64,000 bases of DNA from Candidatus Nealsonbacteria bacterium (GCA_026396095.1 JAPLXK010000003.1:12727-76726), one strand, 5' to 3'; shown: positions 49,990-59,965, counted from the stretch's first letter. Numbers and translations: made by a program. The notes: a model not told the origin generated them from the letters alone.

Positions 49990-50718
49990 TTAAGGCGAGG
50001 AAACGTATCCTGCCCGCCTTGAAATCTCTGAAAGATAGTATTGGGAAATGTCTTTAAGCGATCCCAGTTCTTCTTTTTTAATTTTAAGCTTTTTAAGGGT
50101 AAGCCAGTCTTTTTTTAAAATAATCCTGATAATTTTTATCGCATCAGGATTAATGCTCTTGGCCGATTCTGTCGGATTTTCGCATCGGCCGCAAGTCAGC
50201 CCCGCCTCTTTATCATTGAAATAAATATCTTTCGGGGATAGCTTTTTTTGGCACAAAGAGCAGTTATATAATTCGGGACGATAACCCAGGGTTGTAATGA
50301 AATTCCAAAAAAAATAGTAGTAAACAATTTCCGGCCTGGTACTGTTTAATTTTTTAAAAACCTCCATTAATAGATTCCAGATTTTTTCATCCGGATCCGC
50401 TTCTCTGACCAAGGAATCAAAAACTTCAGAAATTTTTGATAAAACGCTCAATGTTTTTAAATCTTTTTTCAGGCTCTTGAAACTGTCTATCAATACGGCA
50501 TCAATCAGTGTTTTGTAATGCTTCCCCTGGATGAATTCTATCTCTGAAAAATAAAAAAGCTCCAAGCCGCCCCGGAGCTTTGAGGTAATTTTTCTTTCAG
50601 CCCTGGCCAGCAGATCAAGCTTTCCGAAATCTTTTGTATAAACGGTGAAAATCCGATTTGCTTCGCCTCTGTCGTTTTTTTTCAAAATAAAACCCGAGGT
50701 CCTGTAATGATTAAACAT
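49990..50718 (-). CDS. recO: DNA repair protein RecO
   Basis: GEANRIFTVYTKDFGK, GYRPELYNCSLC...CGRC. Confidence 0.92.
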   Translation of the reverse strand: MFNHYRTSGFILKKNDRGEANRIFTVYTKDFGKLDLLARAERKITSKLRGGLELFYFSEIEFIQGKHYKTLIDAVLIDSFKSLKKDLKTLSVLSKISEVFDSLVREADPDEKIWNLLMEVFKKLNSTRPEIVYYYFFWNFITTLGYRPELYNCSLCQKKLSPKDIYFNDKEAGLTCGRCENPTESAKSINPDAIKIIRIILKKDWLTLKKLKIKKEELGSLKDISQYYLSEISRRAGYVSSP

Positions 50719-50724
50719 TAAATT

Positions 50725-51114
50725 TTATTTGCCCAAAATGCTTTTTGCAACCTTGATCTCCTTGTCTATTCTTTTTCTGTCTAAATCTGTATTGGCATAA
50801 GCTCTTTCTTTCTCTAGTCCTTTAAGGGTTTTTTCTCCTTTCTTTTTGTCTAAATAATCTCCGGATTTTCCGAACAGTTCATTGCTAATTTCCACTCTTT
50901 CCGATTCCGGCAAATTTGTCTTTCTCCAGGCTTCGTCGCTTCTTGCCCACCCTCCCAGAGATTCGCGCTTAAGATACTTGTTCCCTCCCCAGGCGGAAGT
51001 GTCTATTTCTTTTTTTGGTTCCGGTGCCGGCGCTTTTTCTTTTGGCGTCTCAGTTTCCCTTGAAATACTCGTCTTTGAACCGCTTAATTGTTCTTTTTTG
51101 TCATCAATAGCCAT
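50725..51114 (-). CDS. hypothetical protein
   Basis: 129-aa charged ORF tightly packed between ileS and recO. Confidence 0.65.
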   Translation of the reverse strand: MAIDDKKEQLSGSKTSISRETETPKEKAPAPEPKKEIDTSAWGGNKYLKRESLGGWARSDEAWRKTNLPESERVEISNELFGKSGDYLDKKKGEKTLKGLEKERAYANTDLDRKRIDKEIKVAKSILGK

Positions 51115-53949
51115 TTAATTTATCTTTTTAATTGTTAAATTTAATTCTTTGTTTTCGACTTTTATTGTTTTTTCCGAATCAAAAGAGCCTCCTTCTCCTT
51201 TAAACATACCCTTAATTCTGGCTTCTTTTAAAATTGATTTTTTGTTTTCATCCAGGAATTTTTCAAGCTCCGGGTTACCTGAATATCCTACCGAAATTTC
51301 GTCTTCCGGCTTTAATCCGGCCCTTTTCCTTATTTCCTGAATGTTATGTATTATTTCCCGAATCATGCCTTCTTCTTTAAGCTCTGAGCTAATTTCAATA
51401 TCAAGATGCAAGACCTCTCCGAATCCTATTTTTTTAACATTAACTTCTTCCTTGATCAAACCTAATAATTCCTGCTCTTTTTCCAGGTCAGAGTCAGTAA
51501 TTATTAATTCCTTCAAGGGCTGCCTGACTTTAATCCCTGACTTCGCCCTTTCGGCCAATGCCGATGCTATGATCTCCCTTGTTTTTTTCATTTTTCCTTC
51601 CAATTTTTCATCAATCAATTCTTTTTTAGGCAAGGGGTAGTCTTCCAAATGGATTGATTCTTTTTCTCCGTTTAAATCCTGATATGCTGATTCGGCGCTG
51701 AAAGGAACAAAGGGCGCCAAAAGAAGAGACAGTTTCAAAAGAACATAATACAGGGTTTGAGAGGCTTCTTCTTTTTCTTGATTGTTTTCCGGTTTCTGCA
51801 GTCTTTTTCTGGAGCGCCTGATATACCAATTAGACAGATCGTCTACAAAGTCCTCAAACAGCCTGGCCGCACCGACTATGTCGTAATTGTCCAGCTTTTC
51901 TATTATTTTAATATTCAAGCTTTCCAAGGAAGAAAGAATCCATTTGTCGAGCAGATTATCCGTTTTAAAATCTTTTTTATGCTTAAATCCTTTTTTTGCG
52001 TAAAGGTCAAAAAACTTTCTGCTATTGATGAGGGTGTCAAAAAATCTTCTGTAAAGAGATTGAATATCATTAAAATCGAATTTTTTGGGGTCTCCGACCG
52101 AGTTTATAGTGTAGAAATAAAACCTGGCAACATCTGCTCCGTACTTATCGATGATATCAGAGGGCACCACGACATTGCCTTTTGATTTGGACATTTTCTT
52201 GCCTTTTCCGTCCAAAACCAGGCCCGTTGAAACAACGTTTTTATATGGAGATTCAAATCCCAGAAGGGTTGAAATGGCCAAAAGGGTGTAAAACCAGCCC
52301 CTTGTCTGATCAACTCCTTCGCAAATAAAATCAGCCGGAAAGAATTCTTTTTTATCGATAAGTTCCTTATTCTCAAAAGGATAGTGGCTCTGGGCAAAAG
52401 GCATTGCGCCCGAATCAAACCAGCAATCAATCACCTCTTTGACCCTCTTCATTTTTCCTCCGCATTCGCATTTCAAGATAACTTCATCGATTTGGGGGCG
52501 ATGGAGATTTTTGATTTCCGAGAAAGATTCTTTTTTTTCTTCGAGCTCTTTAATGCTTCCTATGCAAATGTTTTTATCGCATTTTTCGCATTGCCAGATC
52601 GGAAGAGGAGTTCCCCAATATCTTTCCCTAGATAAATTCCAATCTTTCACGTCTTTGAGCCATTCCCCGAAGCGCCCTTCTTTTAAATATTCCGGCACCC
52701 AGTTTATTTTTTTATTATTCTCAATGAGCTTGTCCTTTATTGCCGTTGTTTTGATAAACCAGGACTGCTTGGCGTAATAAAGTAGAGGAGAGTCGCATCT
52801 CCAGCAGAAAGGATATTCGTGCTCGCATGATTCTTCCTTAAAAAGAATATTTTTTTCTTTTAATTCTTTTATAATCAAAGGATCTGCATCCTTGACGAAT
52901 TTTCCCTCCCAGGGCTTAACTTCTTCCTTAAATTTACCTTCTTCGTCTACGTTTAAGATAATGGGCAAATTATTCTTTTGCCCAACAATCATATCGTCTT
53001 CTCCGAAAGCCGGCGCTATATGAACCAGGCCCGTTCCTTCCTGAGTTGAAACAAAATCGCCGGCCACCAGATAATAAGCTTTTTTGTCCGGTTTTGTGAA
53101 ATCAAAAATCGGATCATATTCTTTTCCAATTAAATCTTTTCCTTTTATTTCCTCTGATATTTCGTCGTATCCGTCACCTATCGCAGAAATTCTTTCTTTT
53201 GCCAAATACAAATACTCGTTGCCGGTCTTGACCTTCAGATAAGAAAGCTCCGGATTAACGGCAATAGCCACGTTTCCCGGCAGAGTCCAGGGGGTGGTTG
53301 TCCAAACAAGAAAATAGGTATTTTTTTCTTTTTTTACCGGAAACTTTACGTAAACAGAATTTTCCCTTACTGTTTTATACCCCTGGGCGACCTCATGCGA
53401 AGAAAGAGAGGTTCCGCACCTCGGGCAATAAGGAACAACCTTATAATCCTGGAACAAAAGTCCTTTTTCCCAGATCTGCTTCAATATCCACCATAGGGTT
53501 TCTATATATTCATCGCTGCAGGTGATATATGGATTTTTCAAATCAAGCCAGTAGCCGATTCTCCGGGTGAATTCTTCCCATTCTTTTTTATAGAGAAAAA
53601 TATTGTTTTTACATTCTTCAATAAATCCCCCTATATCTTTTTCTATTTCTTTCTTGCTGTTTATCTTCAGTTTCTTCTCGGCCGACATCTCGGTCGGCAA
53701 CCCGTGGGTGTCCCAGCCGGCTTTTCTTTTAACGGAAAATCCCTGCATTGTTTTATATCGCAGGATAACGTCTTTAAAAGCTCTGACCAGCAAATGATGT
53801 ATTCCCGGCAAACCATTGGCGAAGGGAGGCCCTTCGTAAAAAACAAATTTCGGCTTGTCTTTTGTCTTTTCCAAGCTTTTTTCAAAGATTTTGTTTTTCT
53901 CCCAAAAGTCCAGTATTTCTTCTTCTTTTTTAGAAAGGTTTAGTTCCAT
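51115..53949 (-). CDS. ileS: isoleucine--tRNA ligase, type 2
   Basis: EGPPFANG, WTTTPWT, YPFCWRC, SRERYWGTP, DQTRGWF, KMSKS; no C-terminal zinc finger. Confidence 0.95.
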   Translation of the reverse strand: MELNLSKKEEEILDFWEKNKIFEKSLEKTKDKPKFVFYEGPPFANGLPGIHHLLVRAFKDVILRYKTMQGFSVKRKAGWDTHGLPTEMSAEKKLKINSKKEIEKDIGGFIEECKNNIFLYKKEWEEFTRRIGYWLDLKNPYITCSDEYIETLWWILKQIWEKGLLFQDYKVVPYCPRCGTSLSSHEVAQGYKTVRENSVYVKFPVKKEKNTYFLVWTTTPWTLPGNVAIAVNPELSYLKVKTGNEYLYLAKERISAIGDGYDEISEEIKGKDLIGKEYDPIFDFTKPDKKAYYLVAGDFVSTQEGTGLVHIAPAFGEDDMIVGQKNNLPIILNVDEEGKFKEEVKPWEGKFVKDADPLIIKELKEKNILFKEESCEHEYPFCWRCDSPLLYYAKQSWFIKTTAIKDKLIENNKKINWVPEYLKEGRFGEWLKDVKDWNLSRERYWGTPLPIWQCEKCDKNICIGSIKELEEKKESFSEIKNLHRPQIDEVILKCECGGKMKRVKEVIDCWFDSGAMPFAQSHYPFENKELIDKKEFFPADFICEGVDQTRGWFYTLLAISTLLGFESPYKNVVSTGLVLDGKGKKMSKSKGNVVVPSDIIDKYGADVARFYFYTINSVGDPKKFDFNDIQSLYRRFFDTLINSRKFFDLYAKKGFKHKKDFKTDNLLDKWILSSLESLNIKIIEKLDNYDIVGAARLFEDFVDDLSNWYIRRSRKRLQKPENNQEKEEASQTLYYVLLKLSLLLAPFVPFSAESAYQDLNGEKESIHLEDYPLPKKELIDEKLEGKMKKTREIIASALAERAKSGIKVRQPLKELIITDSDLEKEQELLGLIKEEVNVKKIGFGEVLHLDIEISSELKEEGMIREIIHNIQEIRKRAGLKPEDEISVGYSGNPELEKFLDENKKSILKEARIKGMFKGEGGSFDSEKTIKVENKELNLTIKKIN

Positions 53950-53955
53950 ATAATA

Positions 53956-54552
53956 TTAAGCTAATTTGCGCATTTCTCCTGTTTTTATTTCTCTTTTCCC
54001 GACGATTATTTTTACAAATTCTTCTAAGTTGTAATTGTTCACAGCTTTTTCCAATAAGGTAAGGGGTCTTTGATGGCTGACGATTAAAATATTTTTTCCT
54101 TCATATTTTTTTTCCGTTTCTTTAAAAAAATCATACATCCTCTTTTCTAGCTGAACATAATTTTCTCCCTTATCCGGCGCTACCTTAAATCTTTTTTTAT
54201 AATACTCCTCGGGAGAAAGCCTTCTTTCCTTGTCCCAGAATCTTCCTATCTCATCTATCGGCTTGTTGTTAAGAATGCCCACGTTAACCTCTCTAAGTCT
54301 TTTATCCAGCCTCACCTTTATTCCTATTTCTTTACTAACGATTCCCGCTGTTTGCTTCGTTCTTAATAAGTCGGAAGAAAAGATCAGGCTTATCTTTTTC
54401 TTCTTCAGCTCTTTGGCTGACTTCTTGATTTGTTTTATCCCTTTCTCGGTTAATGGGGATTTTATCTTTTCCGGCCAGCAGGAAGCTCTCTTTTCTATAT
54501 TCCTTAAAGACTCTCCGTGGCGCAGGATAAAATATTGATTTCTTAATTCCAT
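53956..54552 (-). CDS. histidine phosphatase family protein
   Basis: LRHGE, SSDLLRT.QTA, LIVSH. Confidence 0.9.
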   Translation of the reverse strand: MELRNQYFILRHGESLRNIEKRASCWPEKIKSPLTEKGIKQIKKSAKELKKKKISLIFSSDLLRTKQTAGIVSKEIGIKVRLDKRLREVNVGILNNKPIDEIGRFWDKERRLSPEEYYKKRFKVAPDKGENYVQLEKRMYDFFKETEKKYEGKNILIVSHQRPLTLLEKAVNNYNLEEFVKIIVGKREIKTGEMRKLA

Positions 54553-54664
54553 TTCTTAAAAATATCATTTAAATGGCTTTTTTTCAAATCCTTGACTAAT
54601 TTTTAATTTAATTGTATTGTTTAATTTGCGAGCCGAGCTCGTTTAAAATCAGACAAAAGGTGAA

Positions 54665-54880
54665 GTGATGACAAGATATGTGTTTGAAAAAGTGGCTCCC
54701 TTTAAGGAGTGGATAGCCGACCACGTAACTTCGGAAAAGTATGAGGCGTATATCACCCCAAACAACGAAGTGGTACTTGTCCACCTGTGGTTGAAAGAGA
54801 ACGGAGTAAAAATCTACTCTGCCGACGTTGATTGGGACGACACCAAGCCTCCGGGAGTAGAATATATTCCTCGAAAATAA
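54665..54880 (+). CDS. small hypothetical protein
   Basis: 71-aa ORF with an AAAGGTG SD-like site and a downstream terminator. Confidence 0.55.
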   Translation: MMTRYVFEKVAPFKEWIADHVTSEKYEAYITPNNEVVLVHLWLKENGVKIYSADVDWDDTKPPGVEYIPRK

Positions 54881-54930
54881 AAAGAGCAAAAATTTGCTCC
54901 TTTTTTATTTGAGAATTAATTTTTACCCTC

Positions 54931-56520
54931 TTACATCTTTTCCGGCGCGGAAATCCCCATCAAATCCAAGGTATTTTTTAAAACTATCTGGGTTGCTAAA
55001 ACCAAGGATAAACGGCTTTCGCTCAATTTCCTATCTTCAGAAATTACCCGGCAAGCCTGGTAAAAATGGTGGAAAATTGTTGCCAGCTCCATCGCATACT
55101 GGGGCAGACGCTGGACCTGATAATCATTTGCCGTATCTTCAACGATTTCCGGCAAGCTGATTAATTTTTTAATAAGCTCTGATTCGCTCGGGTGAACCAA
55201 TAATTGAAGGCTTGAGGATTGATGATTCAGGTTGTTTGTTTTTTTGAGTATGCTGCAAATTCTGGCATGGGCATATTGAACGTAAAAAACGGGGTTCTTC
55301 TCCGATTGCTGCTTGGCCAAATCTAAATCAAAATTCAGATGAGTGTCTGAGTTCCTGGTTAAAAAGAAAAATCTTGCAACGTCCAGGCCGACCTCATCAA
55401 TCAATTCGTCTAAAACCACGTATGTCCCAGTTCTTTTTGACATTCTTTTTTCCTGGCCGTTCTCAAACAATCTGACCATCTGCATAATAATGATATCAAT
55501 CTGTTCTTTTTTATAGCCCAAAGCTTCAGCCATTGATTTTATTCTGTCAATGTATCCGTAATGATCAGCTCCCCAGATATATATTAAATGATCAAACCCC
55601 CTGTCAAACTTATCTTTTAAGTAGGCTGCGTCTGAGGCCAAATAAGTTGTTTCTTTGTCTGCTTTAATCAAGACCCTATCTTTGTCGTCTTTGAATTTCG
55701 TTGACCTAAACCACAGTGCTCCGTCTTTTTCGTAGGCTAAATCTTTTTTCTTCAAAAAATCTAAAGCTTTTTCAACCTTCTTTTTTTTATAAAGCTCCTC
55801 CTCTGAAAACCAGACGTCAAAATTTATTCCCATTTTTTTGACCGAAGGCTTTATCATTTTTTCAAAAATAATTTCAGCCGCTTTTTGTCCCACCTCTTCC
55901 GGATCATCTCCTTTTATCTCTTTTTTCAGATCCTCTATATAATCTCCTTTGTAAACCGCTTCCGAATCTCCCAGAACAGAATGTCCCAGCTTTCTGATCT
56001 GCCCTCCCGTGTCATTAATATAATACTCCCTCTTTACCTCATATCCCGCTTTATTCAAAACATTAACTAAAACATCTCCGCAGAATCCTCCTCGGCCATT
56101 ACCTAGAGTTAGGGGACCTGTAGGATTGGCCGAGATAAATTCAATGTTGATTTTTTTTCCTTTGCCTGTCGCCAGTTGTCCGAATTTTTCCTTTTTCTTC
56201 AGGATTTCTTTGATTTCATTTTGAAGGCATTCTTGGGAAAGGAAAAAGTTAATGAATCCCGGGCCGGCTGTTTCTATCTTTTCAAAAATATCAGACTTAA
56301 AGCTTAATATTTGATTTTTTAATATTTCCGCTGTTTCCAGGGGAGACTTCTTGTTCTCTTTGGCAATAGCCATGGCTATGCTTGAGGCATAGTCTCCCAT
56401 CCCTTTAACTTCCGGCTGGTCTATTTTGATTTTGGGAATGCCAAAAACGGGAAAAGCCCCTTTTCCTTGAAGTTCTTTTATCGCTCTTTCAATGATTTTT
56501 TTTATTTCTTCTCTAACCAT
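54931..56520 (-). CDS. argS: arginine--tRNA ligase
   Basis: GPGFINF, SANPTGP, GADHYGY, MSKRTG, NPVFYVQYAHAR. Confidence 0.95.
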   Translation of the reverse strand: MVREEIKKIIERAIKELQGKGAFPVFGIPKIKIDQPEVKGMGDYASSIAMAIAKENKKSPLETAEILKNQILSFKSDIFEKIETAGPGFINFFLSQECLQNEIKEILKKKEKFGQLATGKGKKINIEFISANPTGPLTLGNGRGGFCGDVLVNVLNKAGYEVKREYYINDTGGQIRKLGHSVLGDSEAVYKGDYIEDLKKEIKGDDPEEVGQKAAEIIFEKMIKPSVKKMGINFDVWFSEEELYKKKKVEKALDFLKKKDLAYEKDGALWFRSTKFKDDKDRVLIKADKETTYLASDAAYLKDKFDRGFDHLIYIWGADHYGYIDRIKSMAEALGYKKEQIDIIIMQMVRLFENGQEKRMSKRTGTYVVLDELIDEVGLDVARFFFLTRNSDTHLNFDLDLAKQQSEKNPVFYVQYAHARICSILKKTNNLNHQSSSLQLLVHPSESELIKKLISLPEIVEDTANDYQVQRLPQYAMELATIFHHFYQACRVISEDRKLSESRLSLVLATQIVLKNTLDLMGISAPEKM

Positions 56521-56559
56521 TAATTCAATTTTATCTTAATTTCTGCTAAAATAAAAGCG

Positions 56560-57009
56560 ATGAAGGTATTATCTGAGAACAGAAAAGCCCATTTTAACTA
56601 TCAGATCCTGGAAAAATACGAAGCCGGGATTGCTTTAAACGGGCAAGAGGTTAAATCAATCAAATTAGGCAGGATAAACCTGATGGGTTCTTATGTTATA
56701 ATAAGAAACAGTGAGGTTTATCTGATAGGAGCCAGTGTTCCTCCCTACCAGCCCAAGAACGCTCCGTCCGATTATGACCCTCAGCGCACCAGGAAGCTTC
56801 TTTTGAGGAAAACCGAGATTGATTATTTACTCGGGAAGTCCCAGCAAAAGGGCTTGACGATGATACCCTTGAAAGTGTATACTAACAACGGAAAAATTAA
56901 GGTTGAATTCGGACTGGGAAAAGGAAAAAAAATGTTCGATAAGAGGGAAACGATCAAAAAAAGGGAAACGGAAAAGGAAATGAAAAGAGAATTAAAAATA
57001 CGGGGATGA
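56560..57009 (+). CDS. smpB: SsrA-binding protein
   Basis: NRKA, EAGIAL.GQEVKS, RKLLL, DKRE; stop codon lies inside the tmRNA 5' end. Confidence 0.97.
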   Translation: MKVLSENRKAHFNYQILEKYEAGIALNGQEVKSIKLGRINLMGSYVIIRNSEVYLIGASVPPYQPKNAPSDYDPQRTRKLLLRKTEIDYLLGKSQQKGLTMIPLKVYTNNGKIKVEFGLGKGKKMFDKRETIKKRETEKEMKRELKIRG

Positions 57010-57360
57010 CAGGCTTCGATGGAGAGAGAACTAGAACAAGCAAGCAGAGCTTCTCAAATCTCGTTAAACTTTGAGAAATTAAAAATAAGTGACAACTTAT
57101 TCGCAAGCCCAAAGCTTGCACCTGCTTTCGCCTAATAGCCTAAGCCGTCCTCTTACCCATTCTCGGCAAGTAAAGTAGGGCGCAAAAATCCGAGATCGGC
57201 AATTGTTTCGTTCCAAATAATTGCTCAAACATTAGGAACTAGGAGTATTAAATTTTTGTTTATTTTATATTTAATATTTCCGAAAAAAATAAATAGACTA
57301 AGCTTGTAGATCTGTTTTAGGACAACTCTTCACACGCGTGTCCGATTCCCGCCTTCTCCA
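57002..57360 (+). ncRNA. ssrA: tmRNA
   Basis: 5' GGGGATG, tag ORF DNLFASPKLAPAFA** (57091-57138), 3' tRNA-like end with G3-U pair; adjacent to smpB. Confidence 0.9.
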
Positions 57361-57385
57361 CAAATAATTAAAAAACCTTAAACCT

Positions 57386-57895
57386 ATCTTTAAAAGACCC
57401 TTACTCAACAATCAAATAAGAGCAAGAGAAGTGAGGCTGGTTGATGAAGCCGGAAATCAGCTTGGCGTTGTACCGTTGACGGAGGCTCTCAGAATATCCG
57501 GTGAGCGCAATTTAGACCTGATACAGGTTACGGAAAGAGTGGATCCTCCGGTCTGCAGGATAGAAGATTACGGAAAATATCTTTACCGGGAAGAAAAGAA
57601 AAACCGCTCAGAAAAAAAACAAAAGGGAGGAGAGCTTAAGGGAATACGCCTCACCTACAACATATCCGTTCATGATATGGAAACCCGGGCTCACCAAGCA
57701 GAAAAATTCTTAAAGAACGGGGATAATGTCAGGGTTGAATTGACCTTAAGGGGAAGAGAAAAAGCGCTCCAGGGGTTTGCCAAGAATAAAATGGACAAAT
57801 TCTTGGAAATTTTAAGCGCTATTACGCCCATAAAAATTGAAAAGCAATTGAAAAGAGAGTCCAGAGGATTAACAATGATAATTTCCAAAGGATAA
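57386..57895 (+). CDS. infC: translation initiation factor IF-3
   Basis: NNQIRAREVRLVD, PPVCRIEDYGKY, RGRE; frame extends upstream to a probable ATC start. Confidence 0.93.
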   Translation: MFKRPLLNNQIRAREVRLVDEAGNQLGVVPLTEALRISGERNLDLIQVTERVDPPVCRIEDYGKYLYREEKKNRSEKKQKGGELKGIRLTYNISVHDMETRAHQAEKFLKNGDNVRVELTLRGREKALQGFAKNKMDKFLEILSAITPIKIEKQLKRESRGLTMIISKG

Positions 57896-57898
57896 AAC

Positions 57899-58093
57899 AT
57901 GCCAAAAATAAAAACAAAAAAGTCGGTTACCAAGCGCTTCAAAATCACCAAGAACGGTAAAATCTTCAGAAGAGCTACCGGCCTTAATCATTTTCGCGCA
58001 AAAAAAACCGGAAATCAGGTGAGAAAGGGCAGAAAAATGGTCAGGCTTTCCGATTCCGAGTTTAGAGCAATTAATAAATTTCTAAAGATTTAA
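57899..58093 (+). CDS. rpmI: 50S ribosomal protein L35
   Basis: MPKIKTKKSVTKRFKIT. Confidence 0.96.
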   Translation: MPKIKTKKSVTKRFKITKNGKIFRRATGLNHFRAKKTGNQVRKGRKMVRLSDSEFRAINKFLKI

Positions 58094-58094
58094 T

Positions 58095-58430
58095 ATGGTA
58101 AGAGTTAAACGGGGAGTAATGGCGCATAAAAGAAGAAAGCATTTATTGGAATATGCCAAGGGTTTTCGCTGGGGAAGAAAATCAAAATTCAAAGCGGCTA
58201 AAGACGCCGTGTACCATGCCTGGGAATACGCTTACCAGGGAAGAAAGAATAAAAAAAGGACCTTCAGGGGCCTCTGGCAAACCCAGATAGGCGCAGTTGT
58301 CAAAGAAAACGGCATTTCATACAGCAAATTCATTTCTTCTCTTAAGAAAAACAAAATTGAAATTGACAGAAAGGTTTTATCCTTTTTGGCCCAAGACCAC
58401 CCGGAAATATTTAAAGCCATCTGTTTGTAA
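58095..58430 (+). CDS. rplT: 50S ribosomal protein L20
   Basis: MVRVKRG, AKGFRWGR, FRGLW, IDRKVL. Confidence 0.96.
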   Translation: MVRVKRGVMAHKRRKHLLEYAKGFRWGRKSKFKAAKDAVYHAWEYAYQGRKNKKRTFRGLWQTQIGAVVKENGISYSKFISSLKKNKIEIDRKVLSFLAQDHPEIFKAICL

Positions 58431-58456
58431 GATGGCTTTTTGATTTTTAAAAATAT

Positions 58457-59821
58457 CTATAATGCTATTATTTCTGACAGATCGCAATCAACGCACAGGC
58501 GTTCTCTGGGAAGCCCGATGGCTGAAATAAGATCGTCAATCGTATTGTATTTCAAACTTTCAACCCCTAAAAATTCTATTCTTTGTCTTTCTTTCGGATA
58601 CTTTGCGACCAATACCTCGCCTTTTTGGGTGGTTTTGCCCCAAGGACAATGGGACCATAGTTCAGGATTGGAAATCCTTAAGTGGATTCCTTTTGTTCCG
58701 AGCCTCTTCAGCTTCGGGACAAGTCCTTCTCTGGTCTGAACCCCTCTGACGATTGAATCGTCGCAGACAACCACTTCTTTATCTTGATATGTGTTTTCTC
58801 CGCTGGAGAGAATCTTGATGTTCGCCTCAAAGCTTCTTTCTTTATCCGTAGCAGGAGTAAAACTTCTTCCTGCGTAAGGATATTTCACGAGCGCTTCGTC
58901 GTAGAGCGGAATCTTTTTAATCTTGCCTTCGTTTGCTTGCCGGCAGAACTCCTGGTGATATCCTATGGCGTGGAATCTGCCGGAATCGGGAATGGGCACG
59001 ACTATGTCGGGGAAAAATCCGCTTTCAATGTCTTTGCTGGCCAAAGCCGCTCCCAATCTTTTTCTTACCTCAGAGGCCGATATTCCTTCGAAGACGCTGA
59101 CCGGAGAAGATGTGTAAACCCAGACAAAGCTGCAAAATTGTATTATGCTTGTCAGAATCTGACCGACCGTCTTCCAATGTCCATTTTTCAGCAAGACAAT
59201 TTCTCCAGGCTTTAGGTCCCGCAAAATCTTAAATCCGAGATTGCTGAAACTGATGGATTCTGAAGCAACAGCCGTTGCTCCGTGTTTTTCTCCGATAACC
59301 ATGGGCCAATGGCCGTTGGAAGAACGAGCTGCATAAATCCCCTCTGAAGCGAGAATAATGATGGAGAAAGCTCCTTTTATTTTCGAACCTGCATTCTTTA
59401 TGCCGTCCACAATGTTGTTTTCCTGAGCTATCAGCTTGGTGATTATCTCTATGTCGTCTCCTCCTCTGCAAAAGCTGTGTCCGTCATTTTTGAAACAGTT
59501 CGCCAGTTCGGAATTGTTGATGATATTGCCTGAAAAACAGGCGCAAAATTCGCCTATTTTTGATTCGGCCAGAAAAGGCTCTCTGGACAAACCGCAATAA
59601 CCGATTCCTTCCGTTCCCTCAAACTCTTCTCTCTCCGGGCCGAACATGGGACGGAAAAGTCCCTTGTGGGTTTGGATATTTATGTCTTTCGAATTTTTTA
59701 CAGCTAATCCGCCGTACTTTTCGCCCAAATGCTGTTCGTAGAAAGTTCCCAAGAATAATTCCTTGGAAAAATCACTGTCGCAATCCTCGGGATCAACGCT
59801 TATTCCAAATAGTCCTGCCAT
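58457..59821 (-). CDS. purF: amidophosphoribosyltransferase-like protein lacking the N-terminal catalytic Cys
   Basis: ASES, PIPDSG, GRSF, VCDDSIVRG; N-terminus MAGLFG. Confidence 0.85.
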   Translation of the reverse strand: MAGLFGISVDPEDCDSDFSKELFLGTFYEQHLGEKYGGLAVKNSKDINIQTHKGLFRPMFGPEREEFEGTEGIGYCGLSREPFLAESKIGEFCACFSGNIINNSELANCFKNDGHSFCRGGDDIEIITKLIAQENNIVDGIKNAGSKIKGAFSIIILASEGIYAARSSNGHWPMVIGEKHGATAVASESISFSNLGFKILRDLKPGEIVLLKNGHWKTVGQILTSIIQFCSFVWVYTSSPVSVFEGISASEVRKRLGAALASKDIESGFFPDIVVPIPDSGRFHAIGYHQEFCRQANEGKIKKIPLYDEALVKYPYAGRSFTPATDKERSFEANIKILSSGENTYQDKEVVVCDDSIVRGVQTREGLVPKLKRLGTKGIHLRISNPELWSHCPWGKTTQKGEVLVAKYPKERQRIEFLGVESLKYNTIDDLISAIGLPRERLCVDCDLSEIIAL

Positions 59822-59875
59822 TAATAACCTCCTTCTGAATTAAAATAAGGGCTGTTAAATTGGTAAGGTACAACC

Positions 59876-59965
59876 TTAGATTACAACCCTCCGTTTTTTA
59901 AATACCACGCCTTCTTTTTTAAGTAAAGCAACTTTTCTTTTTATTCCGTATCTGTATCCTCCGAC
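59876..59965 (-). pseudogene. ogt: 3' fragment of an MGMT/Ogt family gene
   Basis: VGGYRYGIKRKVALLKKEGVVFKKRRVVI*. Confidence 0.7.
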
